From contig OZ237762.1 in the NCBI GenBank assembly GCA_965178125.1, positions 372,001-436,000 of the forward strand: DNA of 64,000 nucleotides, written 5' to 3'. The notes below the pieces were generated by a model, which was not told the DNA's origin, did not search any database, and saw nothing but the letters and a program-made list of their open reading frames with translations. How positions within the stretch are numbered: the first letter of the stretch is position 1; the number at the start of each line of letters is the position of its first letter. Of the stretch, positions 11,457 to 24,363 are shown one piece after another. The position numbers and the translations under genes are program-made. The stretch is from Bilabrum cf. latius (lineage: Eukaryota).

Positions 11457-14400
11457 TCAGCTTCCCAATGAGGCCACCGCAACTTCAACCCACCTGCCGT
11501 TCAAGCTGCTCCGAGTCGCCACTATGGAACCATCCACCGAATCGCCCCTAATCTGCCAAACGTCCCCATCCTCTGCGTCCCCGCCCAGGCTACCGGAGCC
11601 ATCGTTCCACGCTGCGACGATCCTACTGCTGAGCTCGGACACTGCAGTATCTTCATGCACCCCGCTGCTTCCCACGGCCAGCCTCTTGATCTCCTGCCGC
11701 AAAGCCGACAGCCCATCCGAGTCGCCCGACCGCAAACGCCTGCCAGACAGTACCATCGGAAGGCCGAGTGCAGCGCACTGCTGTTCACTACGCTGAAGCG
11801 ATCCACGTGAGTCCACTGTATCGATCACACGGGCACTCGCAATGACCACCTGGGTCAGCAGCTGCGAGCCTGCCCCAAACCCTGCCGAGACCAGCAGCTC
11901 GCCGCTGCTCTGCAGTCCAACCGGCACCCGTCGCGCGCTGTGAAACGCGCTCGTCCCTCCACCGCCCCAGAGCTGACCCATGGTCCCGGCATTAGCCGTC
12001 AAGATACTGGCAGGGCGTGTGGCAGCCCCGCCATCAGGGAGCCACGCCACCCCCATCGACACGGTCAGCCGCAAGCCGCCCTCGGCCGCAGCCTGGTCAT
12101 CGCTCTGGTCCTCGGCCTGCTTCTTTCTTTCTCCTTCCTCTCCCGTATTCCCACACGATCCGACCACGCATGCGCTACACGCCCACTTTATCGCAGTGGA
12201 CGGGTCTGAGTGCATCGAGACGACTTGGCCTCTGGGCTCCACGGGTGCCACCGCCAGCACAGTGCCGACTAGGCCCTTCGCACCGGCCGCACCGTCGTCA
12301 CCATCACCCTTTCCACGGCCAGAATCCATCAATTTGACAGAGATAGTGGCGCCTACCGGGTCAGGAGACCCCTCACGATCGTGCTTAGAAGGAGGGGGCC
12401 GCGCAGTGATCTGAATAATATCCCCGCTCGCACGAGGTGCGTCGATTCCACTGCTAGACCCACTAGCTGAAATATCCGAGGTACCCGCGCCAATTGCGGC
12501 CCTATAGCCCGGTACCTGCCCTGAGTCCAGGCCTTTGCGCCATAGGCCGCCCATGGCGCGCTTCAGAAGACTCTCCAGCGGCTCGTCTTTCTTCATCATA
12601 CCGGTGCTACCTCGCTGACTGCTGCCAGCTATCCCATCGTTCAGCTGCTCGCCTGTATTTGACCTGCCCAGCTCGGTTTCACGCAGGATGCCACGCAGGG
12701 CCTGGCGCAGGCTGGAGTTGCCTCCACTGCCGCCATCACCACCGCTGTCTGCTGCGGCTGCGGCGCCTGCGAACCTCTCGCCAATACCGCCCTCTAAATC
12801 GACATCAAGGCCATCGTCGCTCAAAGAGCCATCGGAATCATCGTCGAACCCGTCGCTGCCGCCGTGCGATGCTCCTGTACCACCAGCACTGGCTCTCTAG
12901 CGATCGACAGAGCTCGGCTGCTCCAACGCCGCAGAGTCGCCCCATGACCAACCTGAGTTCGACTCGCCGCCCGGCGCTGCCATCGCACCTCGTGCGAGCT
13001 GGTCAAAGTGCTCCATCGCCCCACTGGAGCTCTTGGCCTAGAGCTGACGAAAGTCTTCCTGTTTGCGCGCTAGGTTGGCTTGCTTGCGGTACCTGTCTTG
13101 CTGCTTGCGTCTAAGTTGCTCCTCCTTCATTCTCTATTTCCTCTCCTCCATCTCCTTCTTCAGCTGCTCCTGCCTGACCTTCTCCTGCTCCCTCATCTCC
13201 TCCTCCTTCTTGCGATCAAGCTCCAGCTGCCTCTCTAGCCGAGCCTTCTTCTCTTCCTCCGTCATCTTGGGGGCCTCTGCGGCTTTCTTGACCCTCTCGG
13301 CCATGTCTTTCTTCTGCAGCCTCTGGTTGACCTCCCGCCTGCGGATGTCCTCCCACGGCCACAGCGTGAACTCGCCCCAGATCGCCTCGAACTCAAGCTC
13401 CATCGTGGCAGCCACAAAGTAGAAATTCTTCTCAGTGACCTCCCTGCCGTCCTTCTGAAACAGCATGCCCTTCTCTTGCAGCTTTCTCCTCGCAGCAGCC
13501 ACCCTTTCCGGCGAAGGATAGAATGGTCCTTTCTTCGCCCCCTCCCTGAGGTCGCCGCCCCCGGCCTCTCGTGCCATGTCCCTCGACGCTTCTGCTTCCG
13601 ATGAAAGCATCTCGTACTGCGCCGGAAGCGCTTTGCTGTCGCGGTTATAAATCTTGGAGGCCTCCCAAATCCATCGAATGTCGGCAGCAAAGTGACCTAG
13701 GTCACGGTAGGCCATCACGTCATCGTCGTCGAAGGGGGTCTGGAGCTTGCTCTGCACCGTCTACAAGTCCATGGGGGCCTTGCCCCCGATCGCATCAACG
13801 TACGCGGACGCAATCGCAGGGAACAAGATCCCGATAGGGTGGTCAAACACGTTCTTGACATACTGCTTGAGTTCCTGTCCGTTGAGCCTCCGCAGCACCT
13901 TCTTCTGCAAGGGCTCTTTCCATCTAGAGTGCGAGAAGAACCACACCGGCTCCTTGCCGATTTCTTCGTCCCGCTTCCGGCGATGCCTCCTCCTAGCGAG
14001 GTCGCCGCCGTCAGCAGCAGCCAGGCGAGGCACCACCTCGGCCAGGAACTCGCAGGCCAGCCCTTCGTAGTAGTCGAGCAAGTGCTTGGCCCAAAGACGC
14101 ATCCTCTGGTCGTGCCTCCCGTCCTCTTCTCCGTGCTCCTCTTCAGTCCTTGTGTAGAATTGGATAGCCGCGCTGAAGCACCACCTGATGTCCTCGTCGA
14201 ATTCCTTGGCTGGCTGCTGCACGTGAAGGTTCTCCACTTGGGTGCTGATCCGATCCAGCCACTGCTCCTGCCTCTTGCCCTCGAGAAACTTCTTCCAATC
14301 CTCTGCTCGCCTGCTCTCGATGGGGCCCCGCGCGTAGAAGGACCTCCTGAATGGCTGCGCGAAGGGGTGGTCTGATAGCTGCCGCAGCACGTCCTTGATC

Positions 14401-17400
14401 AGTTTCTGAGAGCCCTGGAGCTCTAGTGCCCGGGGTTTCTTTGCGGGCGGTTGACCCTGCTGGGATGGTGGGTGTGCGTGTAGGTGCCCAATTGGGCGCT
14501 TCTGTCCTCCTTTGCGATGGATGGCGGGCGCACCGGCTGCGGCTGCGGCGCCGCCAGCCCCGAATGCACCGCTCTTCCTGCCTGACACGGAAAACGATAT
14601 CATCGGCGTATTCTAGTGCGCTCCCTTTGCAACCGGTGTGCTGTCAAACCCCTCTGCCGTAACACTGACCTGCCGCATTGAACGGTGCGATGATCCAGGC
14701 ACGCTCGAACTGGCTGCAACTCCTCCTCCGCCGAGCTTGAGCTTGATCTTGGGAATGCTGATCTTGGGCACCCCAGCCGACTTTCTCGCTTCCTGCTGCG
14801 CAGCACCCTTGCCAGTGAAGGAGCTGCCAGCTACACCAGAAGTCCAAGCTGCTGGTTGCGCGCCACCAAGAACGCTCTTCGATGCAGACTTGGTGCTTCC
14901 CAAGGGCTACCTCCCGGCACCCTTGCCACCCTTCCCCCCCTTGCCGCCAGCAGCAGGCTGCTTCCTTGGCACTGGCATTCTTGGCTGCGGGATCGACAAG
15001 CCGACTGGCGGCTGCATGCTTGGCTTCATGGGGCTGTTGAACGCTGCATTGGTCCTGCTGCTGCTGTTGTTGCTAAATCCGGCGGGCCTGGCGCTGCTGG
15101 ACCTGCCGGACGGATCGAGCCCCGGGCTTGCCTTAGGCTTGCCTCCCGTAGGTTCAACGGACTTCTTGCGCGACACAGAAGACGGTCTCTTGGCTCTCTG
15201 GGCAATCTTTTGCACTGAAGGGTTGATGACGAGGGCTTCAGGAAGGCTGGTTCGCTTGTAGTCATATCCCGCGACGTTTGACTACGTCTTGCTAGCGAAG
15301 GCCTTGACGGTCTGGCTTGCGCACCACAGCAAATCTTCTGCCCCGTCCCGATTGATCCCACCAGTCTTCTGCAAGTGCGCGCAAAACTGCTTGCAGTTGG
15401 ACTCTATCAGGTTTGCGTCGTCCAGCACGGCGAACACGTCAGCATAGTGGGCCGCAAGGAGCTTTGCCTCGATACAGTCGAGGTCCATGATGGTCTTGAT
15501 CACCCCCGGGTACTCCCTGTAGTCCTTGAAGGACACCTCGTGCTCAAAGGCAGCAGCCACGTTGTAAGGTTCTTTCCGCTTCCTCACCGACACTGTGTGG
15601 TCGCGCGTGTCCTTCACAACCTTCAGCATAGTGTCAGTCAGCTGCCTGCCTTGCTAAGGAAGACCCTCGTAGGCGTGCAAATCCATGCTAGCCCTGTCGA
15701 GGGTGTGATCCCCCCGTCTTGGCGGCAGTTTGGAGCCGTACTTGCTGAGCTTGCCCCTGTACAGCTGCCTGGCAGCAGCCAGTGCCGCAGCGGTGGGCTC
15801 GCCGCCGCCTGTCGATCCAGATCGCGAGGATCGCCCGCTGCCTGACGCCTTGACGTTGCTCGAGCTTCGAGATGCCGGCCTGCTCGACACACCAGAGCCA
15901 CTGGCACTGTAGCTTGACGAGCTTGGTCCAATGGAAGGGTCAGCCAGGGCCATCAAGTTTGTCGAAGACGAGCTTGATGACGGCATGCTGGCAGCAGCTG
16001 CTGCAGCCAAGCCTCGCGCAAGCAGCTCGGCAGAAGCGCCCCCGGACGCATGCGCTGGGGCTGGCGGCAGGGGCGGGAGCGGCTGCAGCTCGAGAGCCCC
16101 AGCACTGCTACTGCCTGCACTGAGCACGGGCAGCGATGCTCCACCAGGGGCGGGTGCCTGAACCCCCTACTTGATGGGCGAGCCGCTCGAGTGGATCGCC
16201 TAGATCTTTTCCAGCATGCCCTTGCCCCCAACCGCTTCCATTTTCTTCAGCACGTCGTCATCATCGTCATCGTCGCTGTCGCTGTCGTCATCGTCGTCGT
16301 CCTGCATGGCAGCGACAGCAGGATCCTTCCTGCTCGCTGCTTGCTGCATCGTGGCAGCCATCTCGGCTAGGGAGGCAGAGACCTGCCGGCTTGGGACAGG
16401 CGGCCGAGCGACTGGTCCAGAGCTACTGGTTGCTTGCTTGGCGGATGCCTGCGTACTGCCGCTGCCAGCTCCACTGCTGGCGGCCTTGCCAGACATGGAC
16501 GCGGCAGCACCGCTGCTTGACGTGCCGAATTTCGTATCAATAAACCTGATTATCTCAGCCCGCTGATGGGGTGGGACCGGCCTGAATGGCATCGCTGCGA
16601 CCACTTCGGCCCAGGGCAAGCCCGGCAGCAACCGAGCTGTGTCTCGTTGCAGCTGCCTTGCGAGCGTCGCGCCGTCGTGAATGACTAGCCGGATGATATC
16701 AGCTGCATCTTTTCCGTTGCTCACGAGGAGGTCCTTGTTTGCTTCGAAGGTAAGTCTCCTGGCTTTGCAAGGGGCCTCGATCACCGCAAGAACCGCCGCG
16801 ATCGCCCGCGCCTCAGTTCTGTACTCGTACTAGAAGAACCGCCTGTAGACAGACCCAAGGCCGGCATCGCCTGGCATTCCGAAGCTGCGATACTGCGCAG
16901 CCAATGTTGGGTACATTGAAATGGGCCGCTGAAAGACGGAGTAGTCTATCTGGATTCCCAGCGCCTTCAGCTTGTCCGCCTGCAGGAACCACCGAGCCGT
17001 CTCATGGTACACCTCGGCGACCTTGGCAAACCCCGGCATCTCCGGTGCGACGACTGACCCGGGCGCTCCGGGGATTGGCAGGGGTGGCGACCTGAGCCGG
17101 AACTCCGTGTCTAGCCTAACGAGGTGCTGCCAGGCGTTATGCCACGTGGATAGGTCGACAATGTGGAACTCTAGCGCATTCGTGTAGACTCTCCTCAACT
17201 CGTGGGCGAACTCCTGAGCTGTTCGGAACGGTGGCTTGCCTGAGTCTTGCGACGATGATGAAGATGCTGCTGATGCTGCTGCCTGCGGTGCTTTCGCGTG
17301 CAGCCTCTTGCTTACGTCGAGCAGGAACGCGGGTGACTTGACCAGGCTCAGGTACTGGTCCTCCATGCCGCGGAGGGACTTCATCGGGTCAGGAGCGAAT

Positions 17401-18083
17401 ATGTTGCGGTCCACTTGCGAGAATTGCGGCCATGCTGCTTTTGGTGCCTTGGGTAGCGGTTTTTTGCTGTTCTTGTTCGGCAGGATGCGGGTGAAGAGCA
17501 CGGCTTGGCACGCAGCGATGTGCTCGCGTGGGAAGCCGGGACGCTCAAACCACTGCGCGGTCTAAAATGCAGTCTAGCGATCCTTCTCTGCGCTTTTCAC
17601 TGCCGATAAAACTTTCGACGGTGCCTGTTGCAGCAGTTTTTTGGCCCCATCCGCGACAATCTGGCGAGCTGGAACGCCATCGTTGAACTTGACCGCATTC
17701 TACCCTATCTGCCTGAGATCTGACTCGAGCTCTGCAACGCTAGTATACTGGCACACATATGCATACCTTCCTAGCTTGTCCGAAACTTTGACGAGATCCA
17801 CTGCGAATGACAGAGAGGGTTGATAATCAACGACAGGTGTGTACGAGACGCAAACCTCTCTGGTCGACGCGTATGCGAGACGCTCACTTGGTGTACTGAT
17901 TGCCTTCATATATTCAAGGCGAACCGTAGGGTCTGTAATTCCATCCGGAAGTTTGATTGCAAACAATGGGTACGTCTTTTTCAGCGTGTCCACCAACTTG
18001 CGCAACTTGTCATGCAGCCACCAATCAATACCAATACCACCACCTACGGGCTCCAACTGCGCCGAAGATGCAGATGCATGCAT
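11457..18083 (-). CDS. Multi-bromodomain protein (up to six bromodomain-like units), about 2,208 aa, with a coiled coil and a low-complexity C-terminus
   Basis: Ten ORFs in one frame joined across 14 TAGs (17700, 17574, 17562, 16830, 16200, 16167, 15654, 15282, 14907, 14613, 13761, 13134, 13038, 12897). Ends TGA. Bromodomain motifs: YPGVIKTIMDLDCIEAKL..Y..DDANLIESNC, PMDL*TVQSKL...FAADIRWIWEASKIYN, HPFAQPF, EFAHELRRVYTNA. Confidence 0.85.
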
Positions 18084-18195
18084 AGATCAGGCGAAAATCA
18101 AGGATCTGTTGGCTAAGTGATGCAAAATGTGGTTCAGCCCCGTCCACTCGTCACCGCGAGCAGAGCAACGCAAATTCTTTGACTTCACAGGATAT

Positions 18196-19074
18196 ATGGC
18201 AGCATGCTTGATATGCATGAGAGATGACGTGCAAGATAATACGGTTTTGCTGCCTTGCGGGCACTCTGGATCATGTTTTGGTTGCACTTTGACATGTTTG
18301 GAGATGTTGGGCGATGCTTGCCCCGTTTGTAGAGCAAGGGTCGGTCGCCTGATGCACAAATTAGTGTCAGAGTACCACTACTCATTACTGCTCTCCGATG
18401 GCACCGAACAGGTAGTTCGACGGACTGCACCACACCGAATTCGGGTGTTTGATAGGACTCGCGATCCACCTACTATTCGGCCAGCTGCCGCATCAAATAC
18501 GTAGGAGATTGATGACTGCCATGCTGCCGTTTGTAAGCTGGCAGTATGTTCCATAATTCGCGACGTATCCGCACTTAATTTGGAAAGGCAAACAGCTACG
18601 ACTACTTCATCTATGCCAAGTTTACGGCTGTCAACGATCCCATCGGGCAGCAGTAGTGGTTCAAGTGGGGCAGCCGGCCACGCATCGATGATGCACAGTA
18701 TTGCCACGGCTACCATATCAGCTTGCAGCAAGTAGCTTTCGGGTTCCAGCCACCAGTAGCGAGGGCTCAAGAGAGCTACGGTGAAAGCACGGGGCGCACA
18801 TCTTACTGCCACTGCCAGTGGCAGGCTGTCATCGCTGTGCGCAGGATGCGCTGGCATGGCACGCAGGGCCAAAACCACAGTCGTCGCGAGCCTGCAAGCA
18901 CTTGTAGGGGCGGCGCATGCTTCGATTCTCGGAGACACTGTTGCAGCCATCCTAGTGGGAGCACCGCACAGCGACTGCCTTGACCCCGCCCTCAAGGCGG
19001 TGGCAATGAACCACACGGATCCAGGGCCTTTTCCTGTCACTGCCACTGCCATTGCCACTGCCACTGTCATTGCA

Positions 19075-19117
<43 letters not shown>

Positions 19118-20088
19118 CCGCAAGCAATTTGCGTGCCACTTTAGCACAGGAGCGAGCACCTGGCCTTGAAACCGGCTCCAACTGCAAGGGCATAGCGGTC
19201 AATCGCAGGGCTTCAATTCCAGCCCACAGAATCGGTAGCAAGAGGGGCGCCCGGACCGCAGGATCCCGCTTAAAAGGGTCCCTTGCCAAACGCCAGAGGA
19301 TAGATGGCGCGGAAACCAAGACAGCTGCGGGAGCTGCTGGCAGTGGCGCGTACGAAGAAGATTGCGAGATTGCAGGAGAAGCCGCGTCAAGTCAGAGAAG
19401 CAAGCCCACCGGACCCGACAGGTGTCCTGGCTGGGCATGCGGTGGTATCCCAATTCTCACATTGCGTGAGCTAGACGAGAGGCTGGTCTACTCATTCTCC
19501 GGGCTGCAGAGCATCATTGATCTTCCTGGCTGCAGGGAAGAGCAGGCTGCTGGCGGCACGATGCCCCCAGGGACTGCAGCAACACCGGCAGAGAGGGGTG
19601 CATCGGCTGGCAATTGTAATGTGGCCTCTGGCACTGGGGTTGGCACTGGAGCGGTAGCTGGAGCTGAAGCTGGGGCTGGTGCTGGGGCTGGGGCTGGTGC
19701 TGGGGCTGGGGCTATTAGTAGCTCGCCCACAGCCCAGAAAGCTATTGCGGCATCCACCGCACCCAGCGCGTTGGTGCATATGGCGATGGTTACAGCGCAA
19801 TCAGTGCCCATGCCGCATTCCACCGACGTCAGCGGTGACCACAGTGGCCGGGAGTCAGGTGGAGCCACATCAAAGTCATCGTCTAGCGCCTGTAGCATCG
19901 CACCTGGCGAGAACCACGCGCTTGAAGCTGCTACTGCGACTGCATATACTGTTAAAGAACCACCCACGGGCACTGCTGCAGCACCAGAGCACCGTGATAC
20001 TAAAGGTGGGGCGTAGACCGTGTTTGTCGGTACCGCCTTGGAGGCCGACCAGCTTGTTCGTGATGCAATTAAGAAGTATTTCGGGTGA
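18196..20088 (+). CDS. RING-finger (C3HC4, PCGH type) protein with a long low-complexity C-terminus, about 630 aa
   Basis: CLICMRDD...VLLPCGHSGSCFGC...CPVCR. The frame continues through TAGs at 18502, 18733, 18757 and 20014 to TGA 20086-20088. An alternative upstream ATG lies at 18127. Confidence 0.75.
19078..19113 (+). repeat. (AGC)n trinucleotide tract encoding poly-Ser in the RING protein
   Basis: About 12 consecutive AGC units are visible in the sequence. Confidence 0.8.
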
Positions 20089-20151
20089 CTGCGAGTTGCA
20101 GCCGTGTAAATCGGATATGACAGGGCATGCAAAGAGTAAGGTTACGTAAGC

Positions 20152-21040
20152 TCAACCGTCTAATCTCTGCTTCACCTGTGCAAGCACCAATTGTAGATCC
20201 ACTGGACCTCCGATTCCAGAAGACGCCGCCGCAGACCCACCGCCTGCACCTCCCCCCATGCCCATGCCCGAGCCTCCCCCCATCTCTGCCCTTGCCGCCC
20301 GCTCCGCTGTCCTCTTCTCCTGGGCCTGCCTTGCCCTCGCCCTCGCCTCCTCGGCTGCTCCCCGCAGTGACGTACCTCCTGCCGCCGCGCTGCTGTTACC
20401 GGCCTAGCTGCTAAAACTGCTGCTGCCTCCAGCATTCCTACCAGCCGAGGGCAGCCCCCCCTCCATCATGGGGTCGTTAAAGGCACGGCTCATCGCAGCC
20501 CCTCGCTCCTTGCGCCGATTGCGACGGGCATCTGCGTCGTCGTCATCGTGACGGCCACCACGCCTCGAACCACTGCCTTGCAGGGCATGCGTGCCCGCTC
20601 CCTTGCCCTGCCCTCCGGCTTGCCCCTCCTTGCCACCAATACCAGCTCCAGCACCAGCACCTGCACCACCCCCCTCCCGCCCCGACGACTCGGTCATGGC
20701 AGCCACGCCGTCCCTAACTTCCTGCAGCTCAGCGGCCTCTTGCTCCGTCAAATTCTTGCGGAACCCCCACGCGCGTTTTCCCGCGCGTTCCGATTGTTCC
20801 CTGACATGGTCCGGAATCGCGCCCGTGTAGTACATCTGAAGCAGGCTACCCCCGTTCCACAGCGCGGCAAACTTGCGGAACATCTGGCGCGCGGCGACGC
20901 TCGAGATGTCCTGGATTCGCTTGCCCCCCTGTTCCAGCGCCAGCCACGCGCGGAACTCTCTGGATAACCGGAAGTAGTCCGACGGGGCGAGCGCCTCCCG
21001 TCCGTGCCTCGCCTCTCTCCCGGCATCCTTTCCGACGATT

Positions 21041-21075
<35 letters not shown>

Positions 21076-21783
21076 GTCTTCGTCTTCGCTATCGTCGCTT
21101 GTGCCCTGGCCGGGACGACGATAATATGCTTGGGCCTTGGATTTGCCGTCGCCGGCCGAGGCTGCCCTGCCAGTGCGTGCTTCGGTAGCTCGAGCAACTG
21201 CATCTGTTCCGAGTCGAGCACCACCGGTACTGGCACCCGATGCTCGGTGGCTGTGGGAGGAGCGAGACCTTGGCTGCTTCTCGCCCCTGCCACATTTGTC
21301 CGATACACCAATTGAATCGTGGGACTTGTGTTTTGATCCATGCCCTGAGCTAGGGCTAGAACCGCGATCGGATCTGCTCCTGCCTCCTTTCAAGTTGGCG
21401 GGTGGCTTGGAGGAGCTGCTGGAGTGCCGGCGAGAACTGGACTTGGAAGACGACGCGTGCCGCCGCTTGTGGTCCCTGCGATCATACTTTGAACTGCTTC
21501 TACTGTGCCTGTCGCGATCATGGTGTGCCCGCGATGACCTGCTGTGCTTGTCCCTGCTGCGATGGTTGTCGTCGCGGTCTCGGCTTCGACTGCGACTTCG
21601 GCTGCGGTGCCTAGACGATCGATCGGCTCCGCTTCGCCTTGAACTATGTCTATGTTTACTCGATGAGGGGGCATGCTTGTCAGATTCGCTGGGCCTGCCG
21701 CTGTCCTTTGATCCCTTTTCCGTGCGCCTTCTTGACGAGTCCCTACGATCATCCTCAGGATATGAATCACGCGACCGTTTCAT
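20152..21783 (-). CDS. Style cell-cycle inhibitor 1 (SCI1)-like nuclear protein with an RS/His-rich N-terminus, about 543 aa
   Basis: SDYFRLSREFRAWL...DISSVAARQMFRKFAALWNGGSL..YYTG resembles the SCI1-like core. One TAG at 20404-20406, then the frame continues to TGA 20152-20154. Confidence 0.75.
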
Positions 21784-21927
21784 TTACTTTATCTGATGCG
21801 GCAACACGATGCCAGGTGCTGCCCAATCACAATGCAAAACAGATTGGATTGTGAAACATTGCTGTGCTGTTCAACATTAGTTAGGACCAACTCGGAATTC
21901 TGGAACTATTGCTTCCTTGCCATACAC

Positions 21928-24159
21928 ATGAACACTGACGCCTTACTACTTGCTGTATCGATACCTTTAATCAGTGTTATATCAATTGCACGCAAGGTGG
22001 CGAAAAATGCCGGATTACGTTTTGTAGCGGAAGGAAAATACGGCAGTGTGTTTAGGTGCGACAAGACTTGGATGCATGCGCTGGCTAAAGGCACAGAAGA
22101 TGACTGCATACCACAAGTGATTAAAGTAGCTAAAAAGACGACGAGCGCGGATAATGTTTCCATTCATAAAGTAGGGGCGGCCCAAACAGTTCGGGCTACA
22201 ATTGAAGCTGCTGCCGCAAGGTTGAACGTATATGCTTGTCCCCGCACTGTGCGAATGAATCAATACGCTGGGCAGCTCCTCTTTGAATTGCAGTCGCACT
22301 CTGTGTCTTTTTCGTGGCGCAAGTCTTCGCCACTGCAAGACTCTGCCGCAAGCCAACGGGATGCCACATATGGGCCGACGCGTATCGACCTGAAGAGGAT
22401 AAACTCGCATTCAATCGCATTATGCGGCGGGTCTGGCTTTGCAATTGAGATTAAACCGAAGTCAGGAACGTGGTGGTCGCCAGAATCATCCCATGCTCCG
22501 GCATTCCGAGCCGATGCCGGCGAGATTACATGGAGACCGCATGCAAGCCTCGTGAGCTTCTACCGCGCTCAGTAGAAATGGAAGGCCATCAAGAAGGGTA
22601 CGATAGGGACAACATCAATGCATGATCCCGTTCAATTCTTCATGGCAGCCTACCCGGGAAGTTCAGAATCCGCACAAGAGACTCTTCCTGTCTCGCGACA
22701 CAGTGCACTCGGGGCCCAGCCGATGCGTGCACGCCCAGCGCTTGCAGAGCAACCCAGGTGCGAGTCACGAGCTAATTAGTTCGCGTTGCTTGTGCTTAGA
22801 CTGTTAGCCTGCCCGTAGAACAACGTGAGGGTCTTCATCTCGCCCTCAGTGCCCCACCTCTCTTTGAGTGGAACTGATGTAGCAGCCCGCGGTGCATCGC
22901 GGCAGACCGCTGTGGTACTCGGCGCCCTCAAGCAGACAATCACGTGGTTTAATGAAAGGTTGAACTGCTTTGCGTGCATGCTGCGCGACTTATTGTACCC
23001 AGTGACCTACAACGGTCTGCAGTGCGCGGTATCTGGGGAGATGCTGGGCAAGCAGCACACCGCTGGGCAGGCTTTCTCGCTGTTGCAGCGCGCTCTCGCT
23101 TCAAACGGCGTCATTTCGAGGGTCCGTGCAAATCTTGTCGACCGATCCGTCGACCGGTCGGCCACTAGGTCTTGTACAGCCCCGCAGTAGTACGGTTGTG
23201 ACGATGCCTCCTCCCCACCCGTATCCGAGGCTGGCGGCTCGATCGAAAAACCAGTGCATCCCCCAGTGCCTCCTGCCGCGCGGCTGATCGCCCGAGCCAC
23301 TGGCATGGTGCTGTCAGACAATAGCGACGTCATTCGAGCCCTGCATGAGGTATAGTGCAGGTCGGCGGTGCTGGCGGGCAGGCCTGCCTACGATGCCTTC
23401 GTGCGGTTGCTTCGAGCTGCAGAAAGCAAGGTTGACGAGGCTGAGGCAGATGACCCGGGAGCTAGTTCATAGCTCAGTAGCCTGGCAGATGCACCAGAGA
23501 GGCTGGCAGAACGAGTTAAAGATGCAGTCGACTACTTGCAGAAGAATCGTAGCCATGATTCTGCTGGAAGGGGAAGAGCAGAGCGCAGCAACGGCAGTGC
23601 CGAGGTTGCAATTTGCAACGGCAACACTGCCGTGCATCGTGATTTGAAGACTCTATTAGAGCTTTCAGAACTCATCTAGAAATCCAATAGCGGTAGCAGG
23701 GCAACGAATTTGACCCAGATTGATCCATTGAAGCTCTCAGGGACTGATGCCGACGTTCACGCCGTTCGTGTGTACTGCGAGTTCAAGACGGCTGGTGACG
23801 CCTCGATCATCATTGGATTCCGACCGGCAAGGTGCAGCCCCAGTGCTGGTCACAGCGACGTTTCGGTCGGTGCTGGGACCAGTTTTCTGCATGGGACTTC
23901 CCCTGTCGCGGCACCAGGCGGAGTCAGAGCGGGGTTCATTCCCACGCCTACAGGCGAGCGCGCACTGAGTGCGCAGCAAAGCTAGCAGAAGTTGGGCGGA
24001 AAATCGGCCCCAGCATGCAATTATGTAGATGGTTATGCCTACACGATAGGGCTGGTTGATCTGGAGCTGAAGCAGTGGCACAGGGTGCCCTACTGGTGGG
24101 CCATGGAGCAGCAGGTGGCAGCAGTGCAGCACGTTGGAGCTGGACCTCTTGCTAGCTGA
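21928..24159 (+). CDS. IPK1: Inositol-pentakisphosphate 2-kinase, about 743 aa
   Basis: Family motifs appear in order in one frame: FVAEGKYGSVF, IEIKPKSG, VSFYRAQ*KWK, P*NNVRVF, LHEV*, TAGDASIIIGF, IGLVDLELK. Eight TAGs at 22573, 22777, 22816, 23188, 23353, 23470, 23677 and 23983. Ends TGA. Start uncertain. Confidence 0.88.
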
Positions 24160-24363
24160 CGGGCTCGGAGTTGTGCGGAGCTCGAGATGTCGTGGGCGCA
24201 GGGATGCCAAACTTGTGGAGCGACACGCTATGCAGTATCCGATTCGGCTGCGCCCATGGTGGCACAGAAGATGCGGGTTGCGCGGTGCGTGCAGACAAGC
24301 ACTGGCATGATCAAGTTGGCATGAGAACAAAGGCACCGTTACTCCGATGTATTCATCTCAATA

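Noticed and set aside
22800-22830. TAGs as acceptors of tiny frame-preserving introns
   Set aside because: Motifs align without gaps across the TAG, so removing flanking bases would delete conserved residues. The introns that can be defined are 100-283 nt and end in CAG.
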